26,828 nucleotides of DNA from a virus. Taxonomy: Duplodnaviria > Caudoviricetes. Both the position numbers and the translations under genes were made by a program. Shown here one piece after another: positions 19,160-26,828 of this stretch. Position 1 is the stretch's first letter. Every line of letters begins with the position of its first letter. Where the stretch lies: IMG/VR virus record IMGVR_UViG_3300037674_000278, positions 1 to 26,828 of that record. One strand, written 5' to 3'. The notes below the pieces were generated by a model. That model searched no databases, was not told the origin of the DNA, and saw only the letters and a list, made by a program, of their open reading frames with translations.

Positions 19160-19618
19160 CTATTTTTCGTCTGCTCCTCTCCAAGCATTTCCTGTATCGT
19201 CCCAAGTTCCTGATACTTCATTAAATTCCCAAGAGTTTTGATTAGCTTCTGGTTTCAATGCTCTCCATTTTCTAGTACCTTCTAGCCATCTAAATGCTTT
19301 CCATCCTGCTGTATTATGTACATTTTCATCAAAAGCATATGGGCATTCCCAACGAGCTTTATCTGCGTTCCAAACCCAACTTGGATATGGTTGGTCTAGT
19401 GAATAAACGTCTGCACCTGAATCATAATTTGCACCAGCCCAAGGTGAATTTTTTGTAGTACTTAATACCGGAACATATGTAGCTGCACCAAATTTCTGAC
19501 AAAATGTATTGCAACTAGAAGCGTCTACCACTCCATCTGCATTTAACATCTTGGACTTTGAAACTAATAACACTTGGTCAACTTTGTTGCCTGCACCGTT
19601 TAATTTAGATACCATCAT
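19160..19618 (-). CDS. Trp-rich partner protein, paralog A
   Basis: G.NYD, QPYPSWVWN....WECP, FRW.EG..KW.A; 10 Trp in 152 aa. Confidence 0.8.
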   Translation of the reverse strand: MMVSKLNGAGNKVDQVLLVSKSKMLNADGVVDASSCNTFCQKFGAATYVPVLSTTKNSPWAGANYDSGADVYSLDQPYPSWVWNADKARWECPYAFDENVHNTAGWKAFRWLEGTRKWRALKPEANQNSWEFNEVSGTWDDTGNAWRGADEK

Positions 19619-19624
19619 TGCTTA

Positions 19625-20995
19625 TTATGCTCCCGAACTCTTATATCTTATTATACAGATACCTGAACCGCCTCGGCCTCCGTAGTTATGACCACCATTT
19701 GGTCCGTCATTTCCACCGCCGCCTCCGCCGTAGCCGTCTTGAGCGTCTCCGCCATTTCCGCCACCTGCGTTCCAAGAACCTCCAGCAGCGCAAGAAGTAT
19801 GGTTATAACCAGAACCTCCTCCGCCAGCAGCATACCATTCTGGTATACCTGAAATATCGTTTAATAATCCTCGTCCACCCATTCCTGCCATATGACTACC
19901 ATCGTGATTACCGCCTCTTTCGCCGGCACCACCACCGCCACCACCAGTTGTTGATCCGTGATCTCCACCTCTATGACCTGTTCCATTACCTGTAGCACTT
20001 CCGTGTGTATGCGAGTGACCAGCACCACCGCCGGAACCTCCGTTTTGACCTCGGCCGCCATTACAACCGCCGCCTCCGCCACCTTCGGAATTCATACCAT
20101 CAAATGTTGAGTCTGAACCTTTGTGTCCGTGATTGTTTCCATTATCTTTTTTAGCTGCGCCATCGCCTACTACAATTGCATATGCTTGAGCAGTTACCGT
20201 ATAGTCATAAGCTGAATTAGCTCTATAACCTCCACTACCGCCGCCGCCAGTACCGTGGTGAGTTCCACCACCGCCACCGCCAGCAACGAGTAAATATTCT
20301 ATTTTATCTCCAAATGTACTATCAGTTCCAGTAGTATGAACCGTAAAAGTACCAGAAGATCTAAATTTGTGAACCGTATAATCTCCATCTTGATAAATTT
20401 CTTCAGCATCCGAAGTAGCAATCATCCATTTTTTAGAACCAACACTAGAGTCAATCATTGGTCTTCCAAATCTGTTTTGGTCAGCATTATAATCTGAAAT
20501 TGTCCAACCTTTAGATGTGCCTTCATATGTCAAAGTACATTTAACACCTTGACCTGTTAAAGCATAATCGTCTGAATTACCTTCAATTTTTAATCCGTTA
20601 GCAGCTAATGTTAAAGGATTTGTATTAAAAGATTTTTCCGTATCTTGTATTGAAATTCTGTCTCCTAAACTAGCAGCTGCTGGTAAAGTCATTGTAATTT
20701 GACCACCACTTGTATCAACGTAATATCCATTTTCTGCCGAAGCAGTAAAGCTTGCTGTTTGATTAGCGTTCCAAGACATACCAACTGAATCAGTACCTTT
20801 CGCCATTAAAGCCCAACTTGCGTGAACCGTACCACCAGTTGATGGAGCGTTTCCTGTTGTTGCAACTTTAGCAATGAATGTACTAACTACAGCACCATCT
20901 GTATAGGTAACAATGTCATTTGCCTCATAAGCAGTTGCACCGTTATAAGTGTCTTTAAAAATTAACGCTATTTTTCCTAAATCTATTGCTGTCAT
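19625..20995 (-). CDS. His/Gly-rich tail-fibre or adhesin-like protein, paralog A
   Basis: Same architecture; EYLLVAGGGGGG...GGGG.GG start and GGSGICIIRY end, typical of phage glycine-rich domains. Confidence 0.8.
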   Translation of the reverse strand: MTAIDLGKIALIFKDTYNGATAYEANDIVTYTDGAVVSTFIAKVATTGNAPSTGGTVHASWALMAKGTDSVGMSWNANQTASFTASAENGYYVDTSGGQITMTLPAAASLGDRISIQDTEKSFNTNPLTLAANGLKIEGNSDDYALTGQGVKCTLTYEGTSKGWTISDYNADQNRFGRPMIDSSVGSKKWMIATSDAEEIYQDGDYTVHKFRSSGTFTVHTTGTDSTFGDKIEYLLVAGGGGGGTHHGTGGGGSGGYRANSAYDYTVTAQAYAIVVGDGAAKKDNGNNHGHKGSDSTFDGMNSEGGGGGGCNGGRGQNGGSGGGAGHSHTHGSATGNGTGHRGGDHGSTTGGGGGGAGERGGNHDGSHMAGMGGRGLLNDISGIPEWYAAGGGGSGYNHTSCAAGGSWNAGGGNGGDAQDGYGGGGGGNDGPNGGHNYGGRGGSGICIIRYKSSGA

Positions 20996-21003
20996 ATCTT
21001 ATC

Positions 21004-21234
21004 CTAGTTATCTATTGTCGCTATTAAGTGACCGGCTGCATTTAAACTAAATGTATAACCGATTGGCGCAAATAATACTTCATCAAAACCATTGTATTCT
21101 GCTGAAGTTATTCCAGAAGAACCACCTGCTGTAGTTGTTATTCTTAAAGTATCAGCGACACCATCTGCGTCTGTATCAACTTTATTAAAGCCGTACACTT
21201 CTGCTTTTCCTGTAAAGTCTCTTAAATCTGACAT
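21004..21234 (-). CDS. Small hypothetical protein, probably virion-associated
   Basis: First ORF after a late promoter, with purine-rich SD; contains DTDADG and ends FSLNAAGHLIATI. Confidence 0.75.
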   Translation of the reverse strand: MSDLRDFTGKAEVYGFNKVDTDADGVADTLRITTTAGGSSGITSAEYNGFDEVLFAPIGYTFSLNAAGHLIATIDN

Positions 21235-21257
21235 AGTTTTTTATCTCTTTTCCCTTA

Positions 21258-21265
21258 TATTTATA
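21258..21265 (-). promoter_or_regulatory. T4-type late promoter TATAAATA
   Basis: Exact consensus 23 nt upstream of the 76-aa gene that heads the triplicated array. Confidence 0.82.
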
Positions 21266-21297
21266 TATAATTTAAATATCACCAACATTAAATAATA

Positions 21298-24200
21298 TTA
21301 TACGTTTTCAGTTAATTTCCAACCGTAAGAAGCGCCAGTATAAACTATACCAACGGCAGCGTTATCAGTTGTAACCGTAAAGTCTTGATTTAATCCCATA
21401 ATTTTATTACCGTTTCTTTGTACGGTTAAACCTGCTGTTGCAAAGTTATCAACTAAATCTAAAAATCTCATTTCATCACCTACACTTGGACTTGCCGGTA
21501 ATTGAATTATAGCAGTACCACCACTTGTATCTACAAATGATCTTTGGCCTGCAACTACTGATAATACGGTTGAACCGTCACCTGTAATTGAATCCCAAGG
21601 TAAGTAACCACCAAGACCACCCCATTGAGAACCGTTATAACCTTCCCAAGAAGACTTGTCTGTGTTAAATCTTATTGCACCGGAGAATAAATCTACTCCT
21701 GCGTTTGATGGTCTTTCAGCTGTTGATCCTGTTGGAGGAACCATTGAGCCAATTCCCATTTTATCTCTTGTTAAATATCCTACAATTGCTCTTTCTACTG
21801 GTACAGCTCTGTTTGAATCTCCTGCCATTGTTTCGTCTGTAGAAAATTCATTAATAGCAGCACCTAGTTGAGCACCAATAGTACCTAAAGATAATTCTGT
21901 TAATCCTGATAAATCAAAAGCGTCTGCATTCAATGTAGCAGTACCAGTTGATTGTTGTACTCTGAATAAGTTACCTACTCTAAAGTCACCTCGTTGGTCT
22001 GTTGAAGTATAATAAACACGACCACCATTTGTTTCTGTAACCTCATCTTCTTGTCTTGAAGGTTGAGTTGGATCAAAAGGATAGTTAGTAGTAGTAAAGT
22101 CACCAGTACCTATATCTAGGAAATCGTGACCTGTTAATCTTACGTTAGAAAATTTAATTGTTTGTGTCATTACCGTATCAGCTGGCGCACCATTAGTTGA
22201 AGCAATTTGTGGATTAATTTTAATCATAGCCGTTTGATTAGCTGTATCTTCGTCTGACACTTGCGTAATTCTGTAATAAGTGTTATCGCCTGCGATTTGT
22301 AAGTTACCACCAACATATACTACACCAGTTGAAGCTAATGTATTGTCTGTTGTTTTAATTGGTATTAAGTAACCTGAAATTCCTGCGTTAGCAACCGTAG
22401 AATCTCCAAATGCCGAGTCTAAAGTAAATACGTATGTACTTGTATCTAGTTTAACAACATCACAAATTTCTCCCATTGTGAAATGATCTCCGCCTGTAAA
22501 GTTTTCTACATAAAGTTTTGTAGCACTTGTTTGTAAGTGGAATATTGTCGCTGATACACCAGAAGTTCGGCCTGTTATTACATCACCAATTCCAAACATA
22601 TTTTCATCATTTGAACCACCAACAATTGATAGTTTATTAAATTCTACTACATCTCCTCTTACTTTAAATTGTTTAGGAGTTTCGTATTCAGAAGAACCAT
22701 CTGCCTCAGCACCCTTTTCACCATAAGAACTTGAGCAGTTTGCACCTCTTATAAACCCACCACCTGTAGCATAGAAAGCCTTGTCGCAATAGTACGTAAA
22801 GATTGATACACACTCAGCACGACCAGCATTTAAGCAATGGATTCCTCTACCATCTTCATTAATTTGTGTAAAGTCATTTTGTAGTGTTGAGAAATACCCT
22901 TTACCTTTTTGGTAATATACTCCGTGTTTATAGTGGACATTACCATCAACTTGCATACCTGTAGCGCCTACATTAACAGATGAACTATTTTGAATATAAG
23001 GTGAGAATAATATAACTGGATGTTCTGGATCTAAAGACATTACTGCCTGTTTTCCTGTTGCGCCTGCAACCGGTGTTCCATTTAATCCTTTAAATTGTAA
23101 ATTTCTAACGTTGTTCATATTATTTAATAAGAACATATTTGAAGCATTGCAATTTTCAACACTTGCAACCGTGAAAGTAATATCTTCACAACCACCAACC
23201 CAAGAACCAGAGATTGTAATTTTATCTCCTACTTGGTGATGATAACCACCGTGATAAATTGTTATTGAAGGAGCACTTGAACCGTCTGTAGTTATATCAA
23301 CTACACAACCTTCGCCAGCACCATCTGATTTAGATTGGTGAATATATTTGTAAGTACCTGCTGTACCTAATGTACCACCAGCTATTGTACCAATTGTAGC
23401 AATTTGTGTTCCTGTTCCTTCTGCTGGTTGAATTTTTGAACCTCTTAAAGTTGTTCCATAAACGGCACAACCTGGAGTGATTCGTAAAGGTAATTGTTCC
23501 TTAAACACACCTTGTTTAATGTGTAGAATATCACCAACGTTTGTACTTGCAACTTGGAAACTTAAATCTGCACCGCCACCAATTCCAGCAGCTGCAACGG
23601 TAATAACATCGCCTTCTGCGTAATCAGTACCACCGTCAATGATGTTTATATTATCATTTGTTGGTACCGTTGAAGCGTCTTTAGTAACCCTAACTGATAT
23701 GTCAGAGCCTCTAAATAATTTTCTAATATTTTTATTTGTCATTTGATTTCCATCCCACATTAAATCCATTTGTATAGCGTCTAGGAAATATGATAAATCT
23801 CTTTTACATTTTCCTCTTTGGTCATCATTATGGAATCCAGGATATGTTGTAGTGAACCACTTATCACATTCTTGGATAATAAATTCTTTGTTTTTAGCAA
23901 GGCATAATCTTGCGTCTGGATAATTTGTAGTTGATCCGTTTGCAACATCAGCGTCTATATTACCAAGACCATTTGCTACTACGTCAACTATATCATCAAA
24001 AATTGTAGCACATTTAGTTATTGCACCAGCTTCACCATTTGCGTTATGTAAAACTTGTTGTTCGTAAGTACTACCTAAAGAAGCGTCACCTGGACCTGGA
24101 TAAATGTGTGAACCTTGTACACACGTCATTTCAATATTTTTTAAGGTAACATAATCACCATCTGACATACCGTGAGCTGTTGTTAAACCAACGGTCATAA

Positions 24201-25602
24201 CTCCTGTACCGTGTACGAAATTTGCTGTACTAATATTGTAAGATGTTCCTGTAGCATTTACCGTTGCAACACCACCACTACCTACGTATGTGTGTGCTAT
24301 TGAAGATGTAGCTAAGGTAACATCAAAACCATTTGCTGTTGAATTTGAAATTTGGAAAGAAACTAGTGGTGATTGCCACATTGAGTTAGTTAAAATATAT
24401 GAACCAACTATTTCTTTTGCTTTATTATATAAAGCTTGTGTTTCTGTTTCAGCACCTGTTGAAGTAAATGTTGAAGATATACCAGTTGCAATATATGTTC
24501 CTGCAACACCACCAGTACCACCTGAAATTGTTTTAATATCTACAACATCATTTGTTGATAATTTTGTTAATGCGTATTTAATCGTTCTAAATGGAGCAGA
24601 AGCAGAACCGTCATTTGAATCTGCACCAGAGTTTGATACATAGTATTCGTTACCGCCTTCTGGAAATGACCAGAAAACATCCGTACCATCTGTAGTTAAG
24701 TTTGCACCTTTAGGACCTACTGGTAATCTATCTGTTTGTGAAGCAGAACGATAAAGTAAATCACCTCTTGTTGCTAATACTGCGTTTGAATCTCCTTGAG
24801 CAATAACTTCCCATTTAGCTGCGTCTGTTCCTGGAACAACGTTTAATACAGCATTTGATTTTGCAATGTAAGAACTTGAAACATAACCAACCGTATCACC
24901 TTTATTGTATGTAGTAGCGGCGTCATAAGTGCCTTGCCATTTCATACCTTCATTAATAACTTCCCATTTAGCTGCGTCTGTATGTGGTGTTTCGCCTGCT
25001 GATGTGTCTACCAAACAAACGTAAGACCAACCACCAAACTGCATTGTATCTCCAGTTTTGTATGCTGTAGCGGCATTGTAATCGCCTGTTGCTTTGAAAC
25101 CTGTTGTTAAAACGTCCCATTCAGTTGCTGAAGCTACTGGGGTTACGCCACTATGATTAGTAGTTGCTATGTAAGTATAACCACCGTAGGTTACAACGTC
25201 ACCATCTTGGTAAAATGTTGAATTGTCCCAAGAATCTTCCCATTGTAAGCCTTCGTTATATACCGTAAATTTTGATGTGTCTAGTGGATCTGGACTTGAT
25301 GTTGATGTGTGATGAGTTGTAGTTAAATATTGTTGTGAACCAAATTTAACAACATCATTTAATTTGTAAAAGGTATCGTTAGCGAATTCACCTTTGAACG
25401 CCATACCTTCGGTATGGAGTTGCCATTTTGAATTTGATAAATCAGTATAGAAATCAGGTTCAGTTCCACCTGATGTGTGATTTAATATACAAACATAAGT
25501 GTTTGCACCGAATTTTATAATGTCGTCAACAATATAAGCTGTTGAAGCGACCCAATCGCCTTTCCATTTAAACTTTAATCTACCTAATACGAAATCTGCC
25601 AT
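21298..25602 (-). CDS. Large virion structural/fibre protein with CBM-like repeats, beta-helix-like core and inserted phycobiliprotein-like domain
   Basis: Five W/Y-rich repeats; YYVS.SG.DSNDGS...PFRTI.YAL (DUF1565-like start of beta-helix proteins); G.TAERP...G.IRFNT....EGYNG..W fibre motif; C-terminal VDTSGG...LPASP.VGD domain; helical insert at about aa 385-632. Confidence 0.82.
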   Translation of the reverse strand: MADFVLGRLKFKWKGDWVASTAYIVDDIIKFGANTYVCILNHTSGGTEPDFYTDLSNSKWQLHTEGMAFKGEFANDTFYKLNDVVKFGSQQYLTTTHHTSTSSPDPLDTSKFTVYNEGLQWEDSWDNSTFYQDGDVVTYGGYTYIATTNHSGVTPVASATEWDVLTTGFKATGDYNAATAYKTGDTMQFGGWSYVCLVDTSAGETPHTDAAKWEVINEGMKWQGTYDAATTYNKGDTVGYVSSSYIAKSNAVLNVVPGTDAAKWEVIAQGDSNAVLATRGDLLYRSASQTDRLPVGPKGANLTTDGTDVFWSFPEGGNEYYVSNSGADSNDGSASAPFRTIKYALTKLSTNDVVDIKTISGGTGGVAGTYIATGISSTFTSTGAETETQALYNKAKEIVGSYILTNSMWQSPLVSFQISNSTANGFDVTLATSSIAHTYVGSGGVATVNATGTSYNISTANFVHGTGVMTVGLTTAHGMSDGDYVTLKNIEMTCVQGSHIYPGPGDASLGSTYEQQVLHNANGEAGAITKCATIFDDIVDVVANGLGNIDADVANGSTTNYPDARLCLAKNKEFIIQECDKWFTTTYPGFHNDDQRGKCKRDLSYFLDAIQMDLMWDGNQMTNKNIRKLFRGSDISVRVTKDASTVPTNDNINIIDGGTDYAEGDVITVAAAGIGGGADLSFQVASTNVGDILHIKQGVFKEQLPLRITPGCAVYGTTLRGSKIQPAEGTGTQIATIGTIAGGTLGTAGTYKYIHQSKSDGAGEGCVVDITTDGSSAPSITIYHGGYHHQVGDKITISGSWVGGCEDITFTVASVENCNASNMFLLNNMNNVRNLQFKGLNGTPVAGATGKQAVMSLDPEHPVILFSPYIQNSSSVNVGATGMQVDGNVHYKHGVYYQKGKGYFSTLQNDFTQINEDGRGIHCLNAGRAECVSIFTYYCDKAFYATGGGFIRGANCSSSYGEKGAEADGSSEYETPKQFKVRGDVVEFNKLSIVGGSNDENMFGIGDVITGRTSGVSATIFHLQTSATKLYVENFTGGDHFTMGEICDVVKLDTSTYVFTLDSAFGDSTVANAGISGYLIPIKTTDNTLASTGVVYVGGNLQIAGDNTYYRITQVSDEDTANQTAMIKINPQIASTNGAPADTVMTQTIKFSNVRLTGHDFLDIGTGDFTTTNYPFDPTQPSRQEDEVTETNGGRVYYTSTDQRGDFRVGNLFRVQQSTGTATLNADAFDLSGLTELSLGTIGAQLGAAINEFSTDETMAGDSNRAVPVERAIVGYLTRDKMGIGSMVPPTGSTAERPSNAGVDLFSGAIRFNTDKSSWEGYNGSQWGGLGGYLPWDSITGDGSTVLSVVAGQRSFVDTSGGTAIIQLPASPSVGDEMRFLDLVDNFATAGLTVQRNGNKIMGLNQDFTVTTDNAAVGIVYTGASYGWKLTENV
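24790..25566 (-). repeat. Five tandem ~51-aa CBM5/12-like repeats in the large protein
   Basis: Consensus W.G.W...T.Y..GDVV.YGG..Y.....H.S...P.....W.V..EG; exact 27-bp DNA repeat at 24802-24828 and 24955-24981 (153 bp apart). Confidence 0.85.
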
Positions 25603-25612
25603 TTGTTTCTCT

Positions 25613-26080
25613 CTATGCTTTTATCCAGTTTTTTGTTGAACCTTCTTGAGCACCATAACTATAGTCTGTTCCCAAAAATCTCATAACAAACATACCATCG
25701 CTGTTCATAAAATATTGATATTTGTCCATTTTAAATTGGTGCTGATTCCACTCTCTATTTATTTTATTATTTTCGTGCTGTTCTAAACCACTTTCGCCCA
25801 TTGTTGGATTAGTAGCATTTACTTCTGTTCCGTCTTTGAATTTGTTTGATACTAAATCAGCCAAACCACTATATGCTAAACCACCGGAACTCACATTAAT
25901 CTCATCATTACTATTTAGTTTAACTTTAGTGTAATAAAGCAATCCATCTTTATCTTTTTTTAATGCGTGTATAGCATATTCCGTGGTACTATTTGTAAAT
26001 ACCGACGCCTTTTCATCTCCGAAACTAGCCGCTGATGGATCTCGTACTGCTGTAGTTGTTGTTGATGTTAATAATGCCAT
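25613..26080 (-). CDS. Hypothetical protein, probably virion-associated
   Basis: 155-aa ORF after tandem late promoters, 10 nt upstream of the large fibre gene. Confidence 0.75.
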   Translation of the reverse strand: MALLTSTTTTAVRDPSAASFGDEKASVFTNSTTEYAIHALKKDKDGLLYYTKVKLNSNDEINVSSGGLAYSGLADLVSNKFKDGTEVNATNPTMGESGLEQHENNKINREWNQHQFKMDKYQYFMNSDGMFVMRFLGTDYSYGAQEGSTKNWIKA

Positions 26081-26100
26081 TTAAAATTTTTCTCTCTTTA

Positions 26101-26129
26101 TATTTATATACTATTTATAATTATTTATT
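26101..26129 (-). promoter_or_regulatory. Tandem T4-type late promoters
   Basis: TATAAATA at 26101-26108 and 26112-26119, plus AATAAATA at 26122-26129. Confidence 0.8.
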
Positions 26130-26150
26130 CATTTAAAATACAATTCTCTA

Positions 26151-26486
26151 CTATACCTCTAAAATACTTGCAAATGCTTCACATACTGGAGAACTACCGT
26201 CATCCATAGTAGCAATTATTCTTATCTTATCACCTGTTTCCAGATTGATTGGTTTGTCTATAACCAGAGTATTTTCCATAGCTATCTCAGCAGATTTAGA
26301 TATATGTCTCCAAGTTGAACCACCGTCTATGGTTACCTTAACATCTACCTTTGCTTTTGCTGAATTACTATGATTGGATATGAATAAAGCGTGAATAACA
26401 GCCTGTCCAGTTGCTGAATATAACTCAGCACTTGCACCGTCTGTTCCTGGTACTGCAATACCAGCATTTTTAAATGTTGAAGCCAT
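26151..26486 (-). CDS. Small beta-rich hypothetical protein of marine T4-like structural modules
   Basis: MASTFKNA...ELY......IHALFISN...KPINLETGD.I....SILEV pattern, which I recognise from marine myovirus tail regions. Confidence 0.75.
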   Translation of the reverse strand: MASTFKNAGIAVPGTDGASAELYSATGQAVIHALFISNHSNSAKAKVDVKVTIDGGSTWRHISKSAEIAMENTLVIDKPINLETGDKIRIIATMDDGSSPVCEAFASILEV

Positions 26487-26500
26487 AATTAATTTCTACC

Positions 26501-26828
26501 TTATGACCCAAAAACTATTGAATAAGCTAATGTATCTCCTATTAAAGCCATTGTCCCACTTGCATTTGGTAACGTTATTGTTCTATCAATTGTAGGCTCT
26601 TCAACGGTCAATGTAGTTTCAAAGGCATTATCTAAATTACCTTCAAATATTAGATTTGCACCGTTTAAAAGTATGTCGTGTGTTGTTGAAGCACCTGAAT
26701 TGGTAACTGCCTGTAGTGTTGTTGCACCTGCACCACCTAACTCTTTAATTACATTTGCTGAAGACCTTGAATATAACTTACCATCAATTAAATTGATGGC
26801 TAATTCTCCTACTTCTAAATCTCCTGTT
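26501..26828 (-). CDS. Tail-fibre-like protein, C-terminal part (5'-truncated)
   Basis: Hand translation: ...LEVGELAINLIDGKLY...LIFEG..DNAFETTLTV.EPT.DRTITLPNASGTMAL...AYSIVFGS*; GELAIN..DGKLY and RTITLP..SGT are phage fibre motifs. Confidence 0.8.
   Translation of the reverse strand, partial: TGDLEVGELAINLIDGKLYSRSSANVIKELGGAGATTLQAVTNSGASTTHDILLNGANLIFEGNLDNAFETTLTVEEPTIDRTITLPNASGTMALIGDTLAYSIVFGS

Larger units (their letters stand above)
15413..20995 (-). repeat. Tandem triplication of a roughly 1.85-kb two-gene unit
   Basis: Three paralogous gene pairs with exact DNA blocks, e.g. 29 bp at 18447-18475 = 20295-20323 and 23 bp at 18258-18280 = 20100-20122. Confidence 0.92.

Noticed and set aside
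16086-20082. Alternative-frame and antisense ORFs with His/Arg/Val-rich translations over the Gly-rich genes
   Set aside because: Shadows of GGN codon runs, which lack stops in other frames; no SD or family motifs.
15865-20995. Locally higher GC and ccacc/ccgcc repeats suggesting a foreign island, CRISPR array or DGR
   Set aside because: Explained by glycine codons. No regular repeat-spacer pattern, no reverse transcriptase, and no adenine-specific TR/VR pair seen.
24010-24012. Cys531 as equivalent of the second (beta-155) bilin site
   Set aside because: It lies 4 residues before the FD of the helix-H-like segment, whereas the beta-155 Cys lies about 11 before; the register does not match.
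1-26828. tRNA, rRNA, integrase/transposase or strong intrinsic terminators
   Set aside because: Intergenic gaps are short and AT-rich; no cloverleaf, mobile-element ORF or GC stem plus U-tract was seen.

Overview
AT-rich segment of a marine T4-like myovirus genome; every credible gene is on the minus strand. In transcription order (right to left): a partial fibre-like gene, two small structural genes, and a 1434-aa virion fibre/structural protein. Next come a 76-aa gene and three tandem pairs of a His/Gly-rich fibre protein plus a Trp-rich partner. A tightly coupled enzyme cassette follows (four 2OG-Fe(II) oxygenase-like genes, a flavin-dependent halogenase, heme oxygenase and a PcyX-type bilin reductase). 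The T4 core then runs gp13-gp14-gp15-gp16-[two inserted oxygenases]-gp17-gp18-gp19-gp20. TATAAATA late promoters precede several blocks. The PcyX-type reductase and low GC suggest a non-cyanobacterial host, possibly SAR11-like (inference). Main finding: the 1434-aa protein contains an inserted helical domain resembling a circularly permuted phycobiliprotein. It keeps the bilin-attachment motif C-x-R-D-x-x-Y (Cys599), about 13 kb from the heme-to-bilin genes. This suggests the phage may make a bilin and attach it to its own virion. All family assignments come from motif recognition by eye; no database search was run.
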